NCBI GenBank assembly: GCA_000004985.1
Contig: GG738943.1
Source: Naegleria gruberi
Lineage: Eukaryota
Direction: 5' to 3' (one strand)
DNA length: 40,920 nt
The notes under the pieces: model-generated
Told to the model about the DNA's origin: nothing
Database searches by the model: none
The model's input: only the letters and a program-made list of their open reading frames with translations
Shown here: one piece after another, positions 21,001 through 34,477 of the stretch
Position numbering within the stretch: position 1 is the first letter of the stretch
Layout of the letters: the number at the start of each line of letters is the position of its first letter
Program-made: the position numbers and the translations under genes

Positions 21001-24000
21001 NNNNNNNNNNNNNNNNNNNNNNNNNNNNNNNNNNNNNNNNNNNNNNNNNNNNNNNNNNNNNNNNNNNNNNNNNNNNNNNNNNNNNNNNNNNNNNNNNNNN
21101 NNNNNNNNNNNNNNNNNNNNNNNNNNNNNNNNNNNNNNNNNNNNNNNNNNNNNNNNNNNNNNNNNNNNNNNNNNNNNNNNNNNNNNNNNNNNNNNNNNNN
21201 NNNNNNNNNNNNNNNNNNNNNNNNNNNNNNNNNNNNNNNNNNNNNNNNNNNNNNNNNNNNNNNNNNNNNNNNNNNNNNNNNNNNNNNNNNNNNNNNNNNN
21301 NNNNNNNNNNNNNNNNNNNNNNNNNNNNNNNNNNNNNNNNNNNNNNNNNNNNNNNNNNNNNNNNNNNNNNNNNNNNNNNNNNNNNNNNNNNNNNNNNNNN
21401 NNNNNNNNNNNNNNNNNNNNNNNNNNNNNNNNNNNNNNNNNNNNNNNNNNNNNNNNNNNNNNNNNNNNNNNNNNNNNNNNNNNNNNNNNNNNNNNNNNNN
21501 NNNNNNNNNNNNNNNNNNNNNNNNNNNNNNNNNNNNNNNNNNNNNNNNNNNNNNNNNNNNNNNNNNNNNNNNNNNNNNNNNNNNNNNNNNNNNNNNNNNN
21601 NNNNNNNNNNNNNNNNNNNNNNNNNNNNNNNNNNNNNNNNNNNNNNNNNNNNNNNNNNNNNNNNNNNNNNNNNNNNNNNNNNNNNNNNNNNNNNNNNNNN
21701 NNNNNNNNNNNNNNNNNNNNNNNNNNNNNNNNNNNNNNNNNNNNNNNNNNNNNNNNNNNNNNNNNNNNNNNNNNNNNNNNNNNNNNNNNNNNNNNNNNNN
21801 NNNNNNNNNNNNNNNNNNNNNNNNNNNNNNNNNNNNNNNNNNNNNNNNNNNNNNNNNNNNNNNNNNNNNNNNNNNNNNNNNNNNNNNNNNNNNNNNNNNN
21901 NNNNNNNNNNNNNNNNNNNNNNNNNNNNNNNNNNNNNNNNNNNNNNNNNNNNNNNNNNNNNNNNNNNNNNNNNNNNNNNNNNNNNNNNNNNNNNNNNNNN
22001 NNNNNNNNNNNNNNNNNNNNNNNNNNNNNNNNNNNNNNNNNNNNNNNNNNNNNNNNNNNNNNNNNNNNNNNNNNNNNNNNNNNNNNNNNNNNNNNNNNNN
22101 NNNNNNNNNNNNNNNNNNNNNNNNNNNNNNNNNNNNNNNNNNNNNNNNNNNNNNNNNNNNNNNNNNNNNNNNNNNNNNNNNNNNNNNNNNNNNNNNNNNN
22201 NNNNNNNNNNNNNNNNNNNNNNNNNNNNNNNNNNNNNNNNNNNNNNNNNNNNNNNNNNNNNNNNNNNNNNNNNNNNNNNNNNNNNNNNNNNNNNNNNNNN
22301 NNNNNNNNNNNNNNNNNNNNNNNNNNNNNNNNNNNNNNNNNNNNNNNNNNNNNNNNNNNNNNNNNNNNNNNNNNNNNNNNNNNNNNNNNNNNNNNNNNNN
22401 NNNNNNNNNNNNNNNNNNNNNNNNNNNNNNNNNNNNNNNNNNNNNNNNNNNNNNNNNNNNNNNNNNNNNNNNNNNNNNNNNNNNNNNNNNNNNNNNNNNN
22501 NNNNNNNNNNNNNNNNNNNNNNNNNNNNNNNNNNNNNNNNNNNNNNNNNNNNNNNNNNNNNNNNNNNNNNNNNNNNNNNNNNNNNNNNNNNNNNNNNNNN
22601 NNNNNNNNNNNNNNNNNNNNNNNNNNNNNNNNNNNNNNNNNNNNNNNNNNNNNNNNNNNNNNNNNNNNNNNNNNNNNNNNNNNNNNNNNNNNNNNNNNNN
22701 NNNNNNNNNNNNNNNNNNNNNNNNNNNNNNNNNNNNNNNNNNNNNNNNNNNNNNNNNNNNNNNNNNNNNNNNNNNNNNNNNNNNNNNNNNNNNNNNNNNN
22801 NNNNNNNNNNNNNNNNNNNNNNNNNNNNNNNNNNNNNNNNNNNNNNNNNNNNNNNNNNNNNNNNNNNNNNNNNNNNNNNNNNNNNNNNNNNNNNNNNNNN
22901 NNNNNNNNNNNNNNNNNNNNNNNNNNNNNNNNNNNNNNNNNNNNNNNNNNNNNNNNNNNNNNNNNNNNNNNNNNNNNNNNNNNNNNNNNNNNNNNNNNNN
23001 NNNNNNNNNNNNNNNNNNNNNNNNNNNNNNNNNNNNNNNNNNNNNNNNNNNNNNNNNNNNNNNNNNNNNNNNNNNNNNNNNNNNNNNNNNNNNNNNNNNN
23101 NNNNNNNNNNNNNNNNNNNNNNNNNNNNNNNNNNNNNNNNNNNNNNNNNNNNNNNNNNNNNNNNNNNNNNNNNNNNNNNNNNNNNNNNNNNNNNNNNNNN
23201 NNNNNNNNNNNNNNNNNNNNNNNNNNNNNNNNNNNNNNNNNNNNNNNNNNNNNNNNNNNNNNNNNNNNNNNNNNNNNNNNNNNNNNNNNNNNNNNNNNNN
23301 NNNNNNNNNNNNNNNNNNNNNNNNNNNNNNNNNNNNNNNNNNNNNNNNNNNNNNNNNNNNNNNNNNNNNNNNNNNNNNNNNNNNNNNNNNNNNNNNNNNN
23401 NNNNNNNNNNNNNNNNNNNNNNNNNNNNNNNNNNNNNNNNNNNNNNNNNNNNNNNNNNNNNNNNNNNNNNNNNNNNNNNNNNNNNNNNNNNNNNNNNNNN
23501 NNNNNNNNNNNNNNNNNNNNNNNNNNNNNNNNNNNNNNNNNNNNNNNNNNNNNNNNNNNNNNNNNNNNNNNNNNNNNNNNNNNNNNNNNNNNNNNNNNNN
23601 NNNNNNNNNNNNNNNNNNNNNNNNNNNNNNNNNNNNNNNNNNNNNNNNNNNNNNNNNNNNNNNNNNNNNNNNNNNNNNNNNNNNNNNNNNNNNNNNNNNN
23701 NNNNNNNNNNNNNNNNNNNNNNNNNNNNNNNNNNNNNNNNNNNNNNNNNNNNNNNNNNNNNNNNNNNNNNNNNNNNNNNNNNNNNNNNNNNNNNNNNNNN
23801 NNNNNNNNNNNNNNNNNNNNNNNNNNNNNNNNNNNNNNNNNNNNNNNNNNNNNNNNNNNNNNNNNNNNNNNNNNNNNNNNNNNNNNNNNNNNNNNNNNNN
23901 NNNNNNNNNNNNNNNNNNNNNNNNNNNNNNNNNNNNNNNNNNNNNNNNNNNNNNNNNNNNNNNNNNNNNNNNNNNNNNNNNNNNNNNNNNNNNNNNNNNN

Positions 24001-27000
24001 NNNNNNNNNNNNNNNNNNNNNNNNNNNNNNNNNNNNNNNNNNNNNNNNNNNNNNNNNNNNNNNNNNNNNNNNNNNNNNNNNNNNNNNNNNNNNNNNNNNN
24101 NNNNNNNNNNNNNNNNNNNNNNNNNNNNNNNNNNNNNNNNNNNNNNNNNNNNNNNNNNNNNNNNNNNNNNNNNNNNNNNNNNNNNNNNNNNNNNNNNNNN
24201 NNNNNNNNNNNNNNNNNNNNNNNNNNNNNNNNNNNNNNNNNNNNNNNNNNNNNNNNNNNNNNNNNNNNNNNNNNNNNNNNNNNNNNNNNNNNNNNNNNNN
24301 NNNNNNNNNNNNNNNNNNNNNNNNNNNNNNNNNNNNNNNNNNNNNNNNNNNNNNNNNNNNNNNNNNNNNNNNNNNNNNNNNNNNNNNNNNNNNNNNNNNN
24401 NNNNNNNNNNNNNNNNNNNNNNNNNNNNNNNNNNNNNNNNNNNNNNNNNNNNNNNNNNNNNNNNNNNNNNNNNNNNNNNNNNNNNNNNNNNNNNNNNNNN
24501 NNNNNNNNNNNNNNNNNNNNNNNNNNNNNNNNNNNNNNNNNNNNNNNNNNNNNNNNNNNNNNNNNNNNNNNNNNNNNNNNNNNNNNNNNNNNNNNNNNNN
24601 NNNNNNNNNNNNNNNNNNNNNNNNNNNNNNNNNNNNNNNNNNNNNNNNNNNNNNNNNNNNNNNNNNNNNNNNNNNNNNNNNNNNNNNNNNNNNNNNNNNN
24701 NNNNNNNNNNNNNNNNNNNNNNNNNNNNNNNNNNNNNNNNNNNNNNNNNNNNNNNNNNNNNNNNNNNNNNNNNNNNNNNNNNNNNNNNNNNNNNNNNNNN
24801 NNNNNNNNNNNNNNNNNNNNNNNNNNNNNNNNNNNNNNNNNNNNNNNNNNNNNNNNNNNNNNNNNNNNNNNNNNNNNNNNNNNNNNNNNNNNNNNNNNNN
24901 NNNNNNNNNNNNNNNNNNNNNNNNNNNNNNNNNNNNNNNNNNNNNNNNNNNNNNNNNNNNNNNNNNNNNNNNNNNNNNNNNNNNNNNNNNNNNNNNNNNN
25001 NNNNNNNNNNNNNNNNNNNNNNNNNNNNNNNNNNNNNNNNNNNNNNNNNNNNNNNNNNNNNNNNNNNNNNNNNNNNNNNNNNNNNNNNNNNNNNNNNNNN
25101 NNNNNNNNNNNNNNNNNNNNNNNNNNNNNNNNNNNNNNNNNNNNNNNNNNNNNNNNNNNNNNNNNNNNNNNNNNNNNNNNNNNNNNNNNNNNNNNNNNNN
25201 NNNNNNNNNNNNNNNNNNNNNNNNNNNNNNNNNNNNNNNNNNNNNNNNNNNNNNNNNNNNNNNNNNNNNNNNNNNNNNNNNNNNNNNNNNNNNNNNNNNN
25301 NNNNNNNNNNNNNNNNNNNNNNNNNNNNNNNNNNNNNNNNNNNNNNNNNNNNNNNNNNNNNNNNNNNNNNNNNNNNNNNNNNNNNNNNNNNNNNNNNNNN
25401 NNNNNNNNNNNNNNNNNNNNNNNNNNNNNNNNNNNNNNNNNNNNNNNNNNNNNNNNNNNNNNNNNNNNNNNNNNNNNNNNNNNNNNNNNNNNNNNNNNNN
25501 NNNNNNNNNNNNNNNNNNNNNNNNNNNNNNNNNNNNNNNNNNNNNNNNNNNNNNNNNNNNNNNNNNNNNNNNNNNNNNNNNNNNNNNNNNNNNNNNNNNN
25601 NNNNNNNNNNNNNNNNNNNNNNNNNNNNNNNNNNNNNNNNNNNNNNNNNNNNNNNNNNNNNNNNNNNNNNNNNNNNNNNNNNNNNNNNNNNNNNNNNNNN
25701 NNNNNNNNNNNNNNNNNNNNNNNNNNNNNNNNNNNNNNNNNNNNNNNNNNNNNNNNNNNNNNNNNNNNNNNNNNNNNNNNNNNNNNNNNNNNNNNNNNNN
25801 NNNNNNNNNNNNNNNNNNNNNNNNNNNNNNNNNNNNNNNNNNNNNNNNNNNNNNNNNNNNNNNNNNNNNNNNNNNNNNNNNNNNNNNNNNNNNNNNNNNN
25901 NNNNNNNNNNNNNNNNNNNNNNNNNNNNNNNNNNNNNNNNNNNNNNNNNNNNNNNNNNNNNNNNNNNNNNNNNNNNNNNNNNNNNNNNNNNNNNNNNNNN
26001 NNNNNNNNNNNNNNNNNNNNNNNNNNNNNNNNNNNNNNNNNNNNNNNNNNNNNNNNNNNNNNNNNNNNNNNNNNNNNNNNNNNNNNNNNNNNNNNNNNNN
26101 NNNNNNNNNNNNNNNNNNNNNNNNNNNNNNNNNNNNNNNNNNNNNNNNNNNNNNNNNNNNNNNNNNNNNNNNNNNNNNNNNNNNNNNNNNNNNNNNNNNN
26201 NNNNNNNNNNNNNNNNNNNNNNNNNNNNNNNNNNNNNNNNNNNNNNNNNNNNNNNNNNNNNNNNNNNNNNNNNNNNNNNNNNNNNNNNNNNNNNNNNNNN
26301 NNNNNNNNNNNNNNNNNNNNNNNNNNNNNNNNNNNNNNNNNNNNNNNNNNNNNNNNNNNNNNNNNNNNNNNNNNNNNNNNNNNNNNNNNNNNNNNNNNNN
26401 NNNNNNNNNNNNNNNNNNNNNNNNNNNNNNNNNNNNNNNNNNNNNNNNNNNNNNNNNNNNNNNNNNNNNNNNNNNNNNNNNNNNNNNNNNNNNNNNNNNN
26501 NNNNNNNNNNNNNNNNNNNNNNNNNNNNNNNNNNNNNNNNNNNNNNNNNNNNNNNNNNNNNNNNNNNNNNNNNNNNNNNNNNNNNNNNNNNNNNNNNNNN
26601 NNNNNNNNNNNNNNNNNNNNNNNNNNNNNNNNNNNNNNNNNNNNNNNNNNNNNNNNNNNNNNNNNNNNNNNNNNNNNNNNNNNNNNNNNNNNNNNNNNNN
26701 NNNNNNNNNNNNNNNNNNNNNNNNNNNNNNNNNNNNNNNNNNNNNNNNNNNNNNNNNNNNNNNNNNNNNNNNNNNNNNNNNNNNNNNNNNNNNNNNNNNN
26801 NNNNNNNNNNNNNNNNNNNNNNNNNNNNNNNNNNNNNNNNNNNNNNNNNNNNNNNNNNNNNNNNNNNNNNNNNNNNNNNNNNNNNNNNNNNNNNNNNNNN
26901 NNNNNNNNNNNNNNNNNNNNNNNNNNNNNNNNNNNNNNNNNNNNNNNNNNNNNNNNNNNNNNNNNNNNNNNNNNNNNNNNNNNNNNNNNNNNNNNNNNNN

Positions 27001-30000
27001 NNNNNNNNNNNNNNNNNNNNNNNNNNNNNNNNNNNNNNNNNNNNNNNNNNNNNNNNNNNNNNNNNNNNNNNNNNNNNNNNNNNNNNNNNNNNNNNNNNNN
27101 NNNNNNNNNNNNNNNNNNNNNNNNNNNNNNNNNNNNNNNNNNNNNNNNNNNNNNNNNNNNNNNNNNNNNNNNNNNNNNNNNNNNNNNNNNNNNNNNNNNN
27201 NNNNNNNNNNNNNNNNNNNNNNNNNNNNNNNNNNNNNNNNNNNNNNNNNNNNNNNNNNNNNNNNNNNNNNNNNNNNNNNNNNNNNNNNNNNNNNNNNNNN
27301 NNNNNNNNNNNNNNNNNNNNNNNNNNNNNNNNNNNNNNNNNNNNNNNNNNNNNNNNNNNNNNNNNNNNNNNNNNNNNNNNNNNNNNNNNNNNNNNNNNNN
27401 NNNNNNNNNNNNNNNNNNNNNNNNNNNNNNNNNNNNNNNNNNNNNNNNNNNNNNNNNNNNNNNNNNNNNNNNNNNNNNNNNNNNNNNNNNNNNNNNNNNN
27501 NNNNNNNNNNNNNNNNNNNNNNNNNNNNNNNNNNNNNNNNNNNNNNNNNNNNNNNNNNNNNNNNNNNNNNNNNNNNNNNNNNNNNNNNNNNNNNNNNNNN
27601 NNNNNNNNNNNNNNNNNNNNNNNNNNNNNNNNNNNNNNNNNNNNNNNNNNNNNNNNNNNNNNNNNNNNNNNNNNNNNNNNNNNNNNNNNNNNNNNNNNNN
27701 NNNNNNNNNNNNNNNNNNNNNNNNNNNNNNNNNNNNNNNNNNNNNNNNNNNNNNNNNNNNNNNNNNNNNNNNNNNNNNNNNNNNNNNNNNNNNNNNNNNN
27801 NNNNNNNNNNNNNNNNNNNNNNNNNNNNNNNNNNNNNNNNNNNNNNNNNNNNNNNNNNNNNNNNNNNNNNNNNNNNNNNNNNNNNNNNNNNNNNNNNNNN
27901 NNNNNNNNNNNNNNNNNNNNNNNNNNNNNNNNNNNNNNNNNNNNNNNNNNNNNNNNNNNNNNNNNNNNNNNNNNNNNNNNNNNNNNNNNNNNNNNNNNNN
28001 NNNNNNNNNNNNNNNNNNNNNNNNNNNNNNNNNNNNNNNNNNNNNNNNNNNNNNNNNNNNNNNNNNNNNNNNNNNNNNNNNNNNNNNNNNNNNNNNNNNN
28101 NNNNNNNNNNNNNNNNNNNNNNNNNNNNNNNNNNNNNNNNNNNNNNNNNNNNNNNNNNNNNNNNNNNNNNNNNNNNNNNNNNNNNNNNNNNNNNNNNNNN
28201 NNNNNNNNNNNNNNNNNNNNNNNNNNNNNNNNNNNNNNNNNNNNNNNNNNNNNNNNNNNNNNNNNNNNNNNNNNNNNNNNNNNNNNNNNNNNNNNNNNNN
28301 NNNNNNNNNNNNNNNNNNNNNNNNNNNNNNNNNNNNNNNNNNNNNNNNNNNNNNNNNNNNNNNNNNNNNNNNNNNNNNNNNNNNNNNNNNNNNNNNNNNN
28401 NNNNNNNNNNNNNNNNNNNNNNNNNNNNNNNNNNNNNNNNNNNNNNNNNNNNNNNNNNNNNNNNNNNNNNNNNNNNNNNNNNNNNNNNNNNNNNNNNNNN
28501 NNNNNNNNNNNNNNNNNNNNNNNNNNNNNNNNNNNNNNNNNNNNNNNNNNNNNNNNNNNNNNNNNNNNNNNNNNNNNNNNNNNNNNNNNNNNNNNNNNNN
28601 NNNNNNNNNNNNNNNNNNNNNNNNNNNNNNNNNNNNNNNNNNNNNNNNNNNNNNNNNNNNNNNNNNNNNNNNNNNNNNNNNNNNNNNNNNNNNNNNNNNN
28701 NNNNNNNNNNNNNNNNNNNNNNNNNNNNNNNNNNNNNNNNNNNNNNNNNNNNNNNNNNNNNNNNNNNNNNNNNNNNNNNNNNNNNNNNNNNNNNNNNNNN
28801 NNNNNNNNNNNNNNNNNNNNNNNNNNNNNNNNNNNNNNNNNNNNNNNNNNNNNNNNNNNNNNNNNNNNNNNNNNNNNNNNNNNNNNNNNNNNNNNNNNNN
28901 NNNNNNNNNNNNNNNNNNNNNNNNNNNNNNNNNNNNNNNNNNNNNNNNNNNNNNNNNNNNNNNNNNNNNNNNNNNNNNNNNNNNNNNNNNNNNNNNNNNN
29001 NNNNNNNNNNNNNNNNNNNNNNNNNNNNNNNNNNNNNNNNNNNNNNNNNNNNNNNNNNNNNNNNNNNNNNNNNNNNNNNNNNNNNNNNNNNNNNNNNNNN
29101 NNNNNNNNNNNNNNNNNNNNNNNNNNNNNNNNNNNNNNNNNNNNNNNNNNNNNNNNNNNNNNNNNNNNNNNNNNNNNNNNNNNNNNNNNNNNNNNNNNNN
29201 NNNNNNNNNNNNNNNNNNNNNNNNNNNNNNNNNNNNNNNNNNNNNNNNNNNNNNNNNNNNNNNNNNNNNNNNNNNNNNNNNNNNNNNNNNNNNNNNNNNN
29301 NNNNNNNNNNNNNNNNNNNNNNNNNNNNNNNNNNNNNNNNNNNNNNNNNNNNNNNNNNNNNNNNNNNNNNNNNNNNNNNNNNNNNNNNNNNNNNNNNNNN
29401 NNNNNNNNNNNNNNNNNNNNNNNNNNNNNNNNNNNNNNNNNNNNNNNNNNNNNNNNNNNNNNNNNNNNNNNNNNNNNNNNNNNNNNNNNNNNNNNNNNNN
29501 NNNNNNNNNNNNNNNNNNNNNNNNNNNNNNNNNNNNNNNNNNNNNNNNNNNNNNNNNNNNNNNNNNNNNNNNNNNNNNNNNNNNNNNNNNNNNNNNNNNN
29601 NNNNNNNNNNNNNNNNNNNNNNNNNNNNNNNNNNNNNNNNNNNNNNNNNNNNNNNNNNNNNNNNNNNNNNNNNNNNNNNNNNNNNNNNNNNNNNNNNNNN
29701 NNNNNNNNNNNNNNNNNNNNNNNNNNNNNNNNNNNNNNNNNNNNNNNNNNNNNNNNNNNNNNNNNNNNNNNNNNNNNNNNNNNNNNNNNNNNNNNNNNNN
29801 NNNNNNNNNNNNNNNNNNNNNNNNNNNNNNNNNNNNNNNNNNNNNNNNNNNNNNNNNNNNNNNNNNNNNNNNNNNNNNNNNNNNNNNNNNNNNNNNNNNN
29901 NNNNNNNNNNNNNNNNNNNNNNNNNNNNNNNNNNNNNNNNNNNNNNNNNNNNNNNNNNNNNNNNNNNNNNNNNNNNNNNNNNNNNNNNNNNNNNNNNNNN

Positions 30001-33000
30001 NNNNNNNNNNNNNNNNNNNNNNNNNNNNNNNNNNNNNNNNNNNNNNNNNNNNNNNNNNNNNNNNNNNNNNNNNNNNNNNNNNNNNNNNNNNNNNNNNNNN
30101 NNNNNNNNNNNNNNNNNNNNNNNNNNNNNNNNNNNNNNNNNNNNNNNNNNNNNNNNNNNNNNNNNNNNNNNNNNNNNNNNNNNNNNNNNNNNNNNNNNNN
30201 NNNNNNNNNNNNNNNNNNNNNNNNNNNNNNNNNNNNNNNNNNNNNNNNNNNNNNNNNNNNNNNNNNNNNNNNNNNNNNNNNNNNNNNNNNNNNNNNNNNN
30301 NNNNNNNNNNNNNNNNNNNNNNNNNNNNNNNNNNNNNNNNNNNNNNNNNNNNNNNNNNNNNNNNNNNNNNNNNNNNNNNNNNNNNNNNNNNNNNNNNNNN
30401 NNNNNNNNNNNNNNNNNNNNNNNNNNNNNNNNNNNNNNNNNNNNNNNNNNNNNNNNNNNNNNNNNNNNNNNNNNNNNNNNNNNNNNNNNNNNNNNNNNNN
30501 NNNNNNNNNNNNNNNNNNNNNNNNNNNNNNNNNNNNNNNNNNNNNNNNNNNNNNNNNNNNNNNNNNNNNNNNNNNNNNNNNNNNNNNNNNNNNNNNNNNN
30601 NNNNNNNNNNNNNNNNNNNNNNNNNNNNNNNNNNNNNNNNNNNNNNNNNNNNNNNNNNNNNNNNNNNNNNNNNNNNNNNNNNNNNNNNNNNNNNNNNNNN
30701 NNNNNNNNNNNNNNNNNNNNNNNNNNNNNNNNNNNNNNNNNNNNNNNNNNNNNNNNNNNNNNNNNNNNNNNNNNNNNNNNNNNNNNNNNNNNNNNNNNNN
30801 NNNNNNNNNNNNNNNNNNNNNNNNNNNNNNNNNNNNNNNNNNNNNNNNNNNNNNNNNNNNNNNNNNNNNNNNNNNNNNNNNNNNNNNNNNNNNNNNNNNN
30901 NNNNNNNNNNNNNNNNNNNNNNNNNNNNNNNNNNNNNNNNNNNNNNNNNNNNNNNNNNNNNNNNNNNNNNNNNNNNNNNNNNNNNNNNNNNNNNNNNNNN
31001 NNNNNNNNNNNNNNNNNNNNNNNNNNNNNNNNNNNNNNNNNNNNNNNNNNNNNNNNNNNNNNNNNNNNNNNNNNNNNNNNNNNNNNNNNNNNNNNNNNNN
31101 NNNNNNNNNNNNNNNNNNNNNNNNNNNNNNNNNNNNNNNNNNNNNNNNNNNNNNNNNNNNNNNNNNNNNNNNNNNNNNNNNNNNNNNNNNNNNNNNNNNN
31201 NNNNNNNNNNNNNNNNNNNNNNNNNNNNNNNNNNNNNNNNNNNNNNNNNNNNNNNNNNNNNNNNNNNNNNNNNNNNNNNNNNNNNNNNNNNNNNNNNNNN
31301 NNNNNNNNNNNNNNNNNNNNNNNNNNNNNNNNNNNNNNNNNNNNNNNNNNNNNNNNNNNNNNNNNNNNNNNNNNNNNNNNNNNNNNNNNNNNNNNNNNNN
31401 NNNNNNNNNNNNNNNNNNNNNNNNNNNNNNNNNNNNNNNNNNNNNNNNNNNNNNNNNNNNNNNNNNNNNNNNNNNNNNNNNNNNNNNNNNNNNNNNNNNN
31501 NNNNNNNNNNNNNNNNNNNNNNNNNNNNNNNNNNNNNNNNNNNNNNNNNNNNNNNNNNNNNNNNNNNNNNNNNNNNNNNNNNNNNNNNNNNNNNNNNNNN
31601 NNNNNNNNNNNNNNNNNNNNNNNNNNNNNNNNNNNNNNNNNNNNNNNNNNNNNNNNNNNNNNNNNNNNNNNNNNNNNNNNNNNNNNNNNNNNNNNNNNNN
31701 NNNNNNNNNNNNNNNNNNNNNNNNNNNNNNNNNNNNNNNNNNNNNNNNNNNNNNNNNNNNNNNNNNNNNNNNNNNNNNNNNNNNNNNNNNNNNNNNNNNN
31801 NNNNNNNNNNNNNNNNNNNNNNNNNNNNNNNNNNNNNNNNNNNNNNNNNNNNNNNNNNNNNNNNNNNNNNNNNNNNNNNNNNNNNNNNNNNNNNNNNNNN
31901 NNNNNNNNNNNNNNNNNNNNNNNNNNNNNNNNNNNNNNNNNNNNNNNNNNNNNNNNNNNNNNNNNNNNNNNNNNNNNNNNNNNNNNNNNNNNNNNNNNNN
32001 NNNNNNNNNNNNNNNNNNNNNNNNNNNNNNNNNNNNNNNNNNNNNNNNNNNNNNNNNNNNNNNNNNNNNNNNNNNNNNNNNNNNNNNNNNNNNNNNNNNN
32101 NNNNNNNNNNNNNNNNNNNNNNNNNNNNNNNNNNNNNNNNNNNNNNNNNNNNNNNNNNNNNNNNNNNNNNNNNNNNNNNNNNNNNNNNNNNNNNNNNNNN
32201 NNNNNNNNNNNNNNNNNNNNNNNNNNNNNNNNNNNNNNNNNNNNNNNNNNNNNNNNNNNNNNNNNNNNNNNNNNNNNNNNNNNNNNNNNNNNNNNNNNNN
32301 NNNNNNNNNNNNNNNNNNNNNNNNNNNNNNNNNNNNNNNNNNNNNNNNNNNNNNNNNNNNNNNNNNNNNNNNNNNNNNNNNNNNNNNNNNNNNNNNNNNN
32401 NNNNNNNNNNNNNNNNNNNNNNNNNNNNNNNNNNNNNNNNNNNNNNNNNNNNNNNNNNNNNNNNNNNNNNNNNNNNNNNNNNNNNNNNNNNNNNNNNNNN
32501 NNNNNNNNNNNNNNNNNNNNNNNNNNNNNNNNNNNNNNNNNNNNNNNNNNNNNNNNNNNNNNNNNNNNNNNNNNNNNNNNNNNNNNNNNNNNNNNNNNNN
32601 NNNNNNNNNNNNNNNNNNNNNNNNNNNNNNNNNNNNNNNNNNNNNNNNNNNNNNNNNNNNNNNNNNNNNNNNNNNNNNNNNNNNNNNNNNNNNNNNNNNN
32701 NNNNNNNNNNNNNNNNNNNNNNNNNNNNNNNNNNNNNNNNNNNNNNNNNNNNNNNNNNNNNNNNNNNNNNNNNNNNNNNNNNNNNNNNNNNNNNNNNNNN
32801 NNNNNNNNNNNNNNNNNNNNNNNNNNNNNNNNNNNNNNNNNNNNNNNNNNNNNNNNNNNNNNNNNNNNNNNNNNNNNNNNNNNNNNNNNNNNNNNNNNNN
32901 NNNNNNNNNNNNNNNNNNNNNNNNNNNNNNNNNNNNNNNNNNNNNNNNNNNNNNNNNNNNNNNNNNNNNNNNNNNNNNNNNNNNNNNNNNNNNNNNNNNN

Positions 33001-33350
33001 NNNNNNNNNNNNNNNNNNNNNNNNNNNNNNNNNNNNNNNNNNNNNNNNNNNNNNNNNNNNNNNNNNNNNNNNNNNNNNNNNNNNNNNNNNNNNNNNNNNN
33101 NNNNNNNNNNNNNNNNNNNNNNNNNNNNNNNNNNNNNNNNNNNNNNNNNNNNNNNNNNNNNNNNNNNNNNNNNNNNNNNNNNNNNNNNNNNNNNNNNNNN
33201 NNNNNNNNNNNNNNNNNNNNNNNNNNNNNNNNNNNNNNNNNNNNNNNNNNNNNNNNNNNNNNNNNNNNNNNNNNNNNNNNNNNNNNNNNNNNNNNNNNNN
33301 NNNNNNNNNNNNNNNNNNNNNNNNNNNNNNNNNNNNNNNNNNNNNNNNNN

Positions 33351-33794
33351 AATAGCCTGACAGGGTTGATGAACGATGATGATGATGATATACTTCCAGT
33401 CATTTCATGTTTCCAACCAGTTATTGATCCAAAAGATGGTTCAATGATTGTTGGTATTCGAAACAATTTCCCAACCAACTTGTTTCAAATCTATTCTCAG
33501 AATGAACGTGGTGTATGGTCATGTGTGAAATCCATTGCAAAGGAAGGATTGTTTTCTTATCCACAAGATGAAGACATTTCCTTTTCATTTCTTCTCGACC
33601 AGACGAATCAATACATTCTCTTAAATAAGGAAGGACATGGTCTGTTGATGGTTAGTGTGGAGAGTGGCGCCATTGTCAAATCATTTGAGAATAGAAAGGA
33701 GGGTGCCAATGTTGGTGGAATGTGTTTCAATTCAATTAGTGGTGAATTATTTGTTTGTGATGCTCAATATGGTGTTGTGAGAGTTTTCAAATAA
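33351..33794 (+). CDS. C-terminal 147 codons of a + strand gene whose body lies in the 18.3-kb N-run. It has NHL-repeat-like beta-propeller blades (e.g. GANVGGMCFNSISGELFVCDAQYGVVRVFK*).
   Basis: Open frame from the gap edge to TAA at 33792-33794. The G-x-hydrophobic...D-x-x-N/Y-x-hydrophobic-x-V-F pattern is typical of NHL repeats. An acidic run DDDDD is also present. Confidence 0.4.
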   Translation, partial: NSLTGLMNDDDDDILPVISCFQPVIDPKDGSMIVGIRNNFPTNLFQIYSQNERGVWSCVKSIAKEGLFSYPQDEDISFSFLLDQTNQYILLNKEGHGLLMVSVESGAIVKSFENRKEGANVGGMCFNSISGELFVCDAQYGVVRVFK

Positions 33795-33977
33795 GGCAAT
33801 CATGATGATTCACAGTTCCAATACTAAATACTAACCAACAGCTAAATTCTGTTAAAGTCCTCAAGAAAAAGATGGTTCAAATCAAATTGACCAAATATGA
33901 AAAGGTTCCATTTTTGAACTTCAAATAATTGGACTAAAGAAAGATAATAAACAGTTAATTCAAATAATTCAAAAGAA

Positions 33978-34477
33978 ATGCATCAAACTGATCATCATTC
34001 TACTGCTACATCATCATCTGGCAGTTTTAAAGTATTCTACAGTGATTTGGACTTGTGGGCTCTCACAGTTGACCAATTAAAACAACACATGAAAGATTTG
34101 GGAATTTATCATGGTTGTTCCCATTTGAGAAAGGAAGAATTAATTGAAAAGATTAAAGAATTCAATCATTTGGTGGAGGAACATCATCATCATGATCATC
34201 ATGGAGAGAAGAGAAAACACAATGATTCTGAAATAAAGAAGGAAGAAAGTCCAAAGAAGGAGAAGGTGAGTGATGATATTCTGGAGGAGGATTTGTTGCA
34301 TCCACATTCATTCAGTTCCTTGTCCATTTCAAAAAAGGAAGAACCAGCTGAGGTTGCAGCAACCACTCATCATCATATTACTAGCTCTCACAAATCTAAA
34401 GAACATAGAAAGAGAAGATTTGTTTCCAGTTGTCCAATTAAAACTCAAGAAAGAATTGAAAGAGCTCTCACTCAAAA
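33978..34477 (+). CDS. Exon 1 of a SAP-SWIM-RING-variant protein gene. A SAP-like motif (LTVDQLKQHMKDLGIYHGCSHLRKEELIEKIKEF) is followed by His-rich low-complexity sequence (HHHHDHH, THHH). The donor is CAAAA|GTAGGT.
   Basis: ATG at 33978 in a context aaagaaATGc. The ORF-track stop (TAG at 34479) overlaps the GTAGGT donor. Splicing to 34545 keeps the frame open. Confidence 0.65.

Noticed and set aside
9011-33794. Giant ORFs (1361-6245 aa) on both strands spanning the N-runs 9526-13552 and 15071-33350.
   Set aside because: Translation artefacts across N. Only the flanking real sequence was interpreted: the 8294 gene's exon 2, AGPS and the NHL C-terminal exon.
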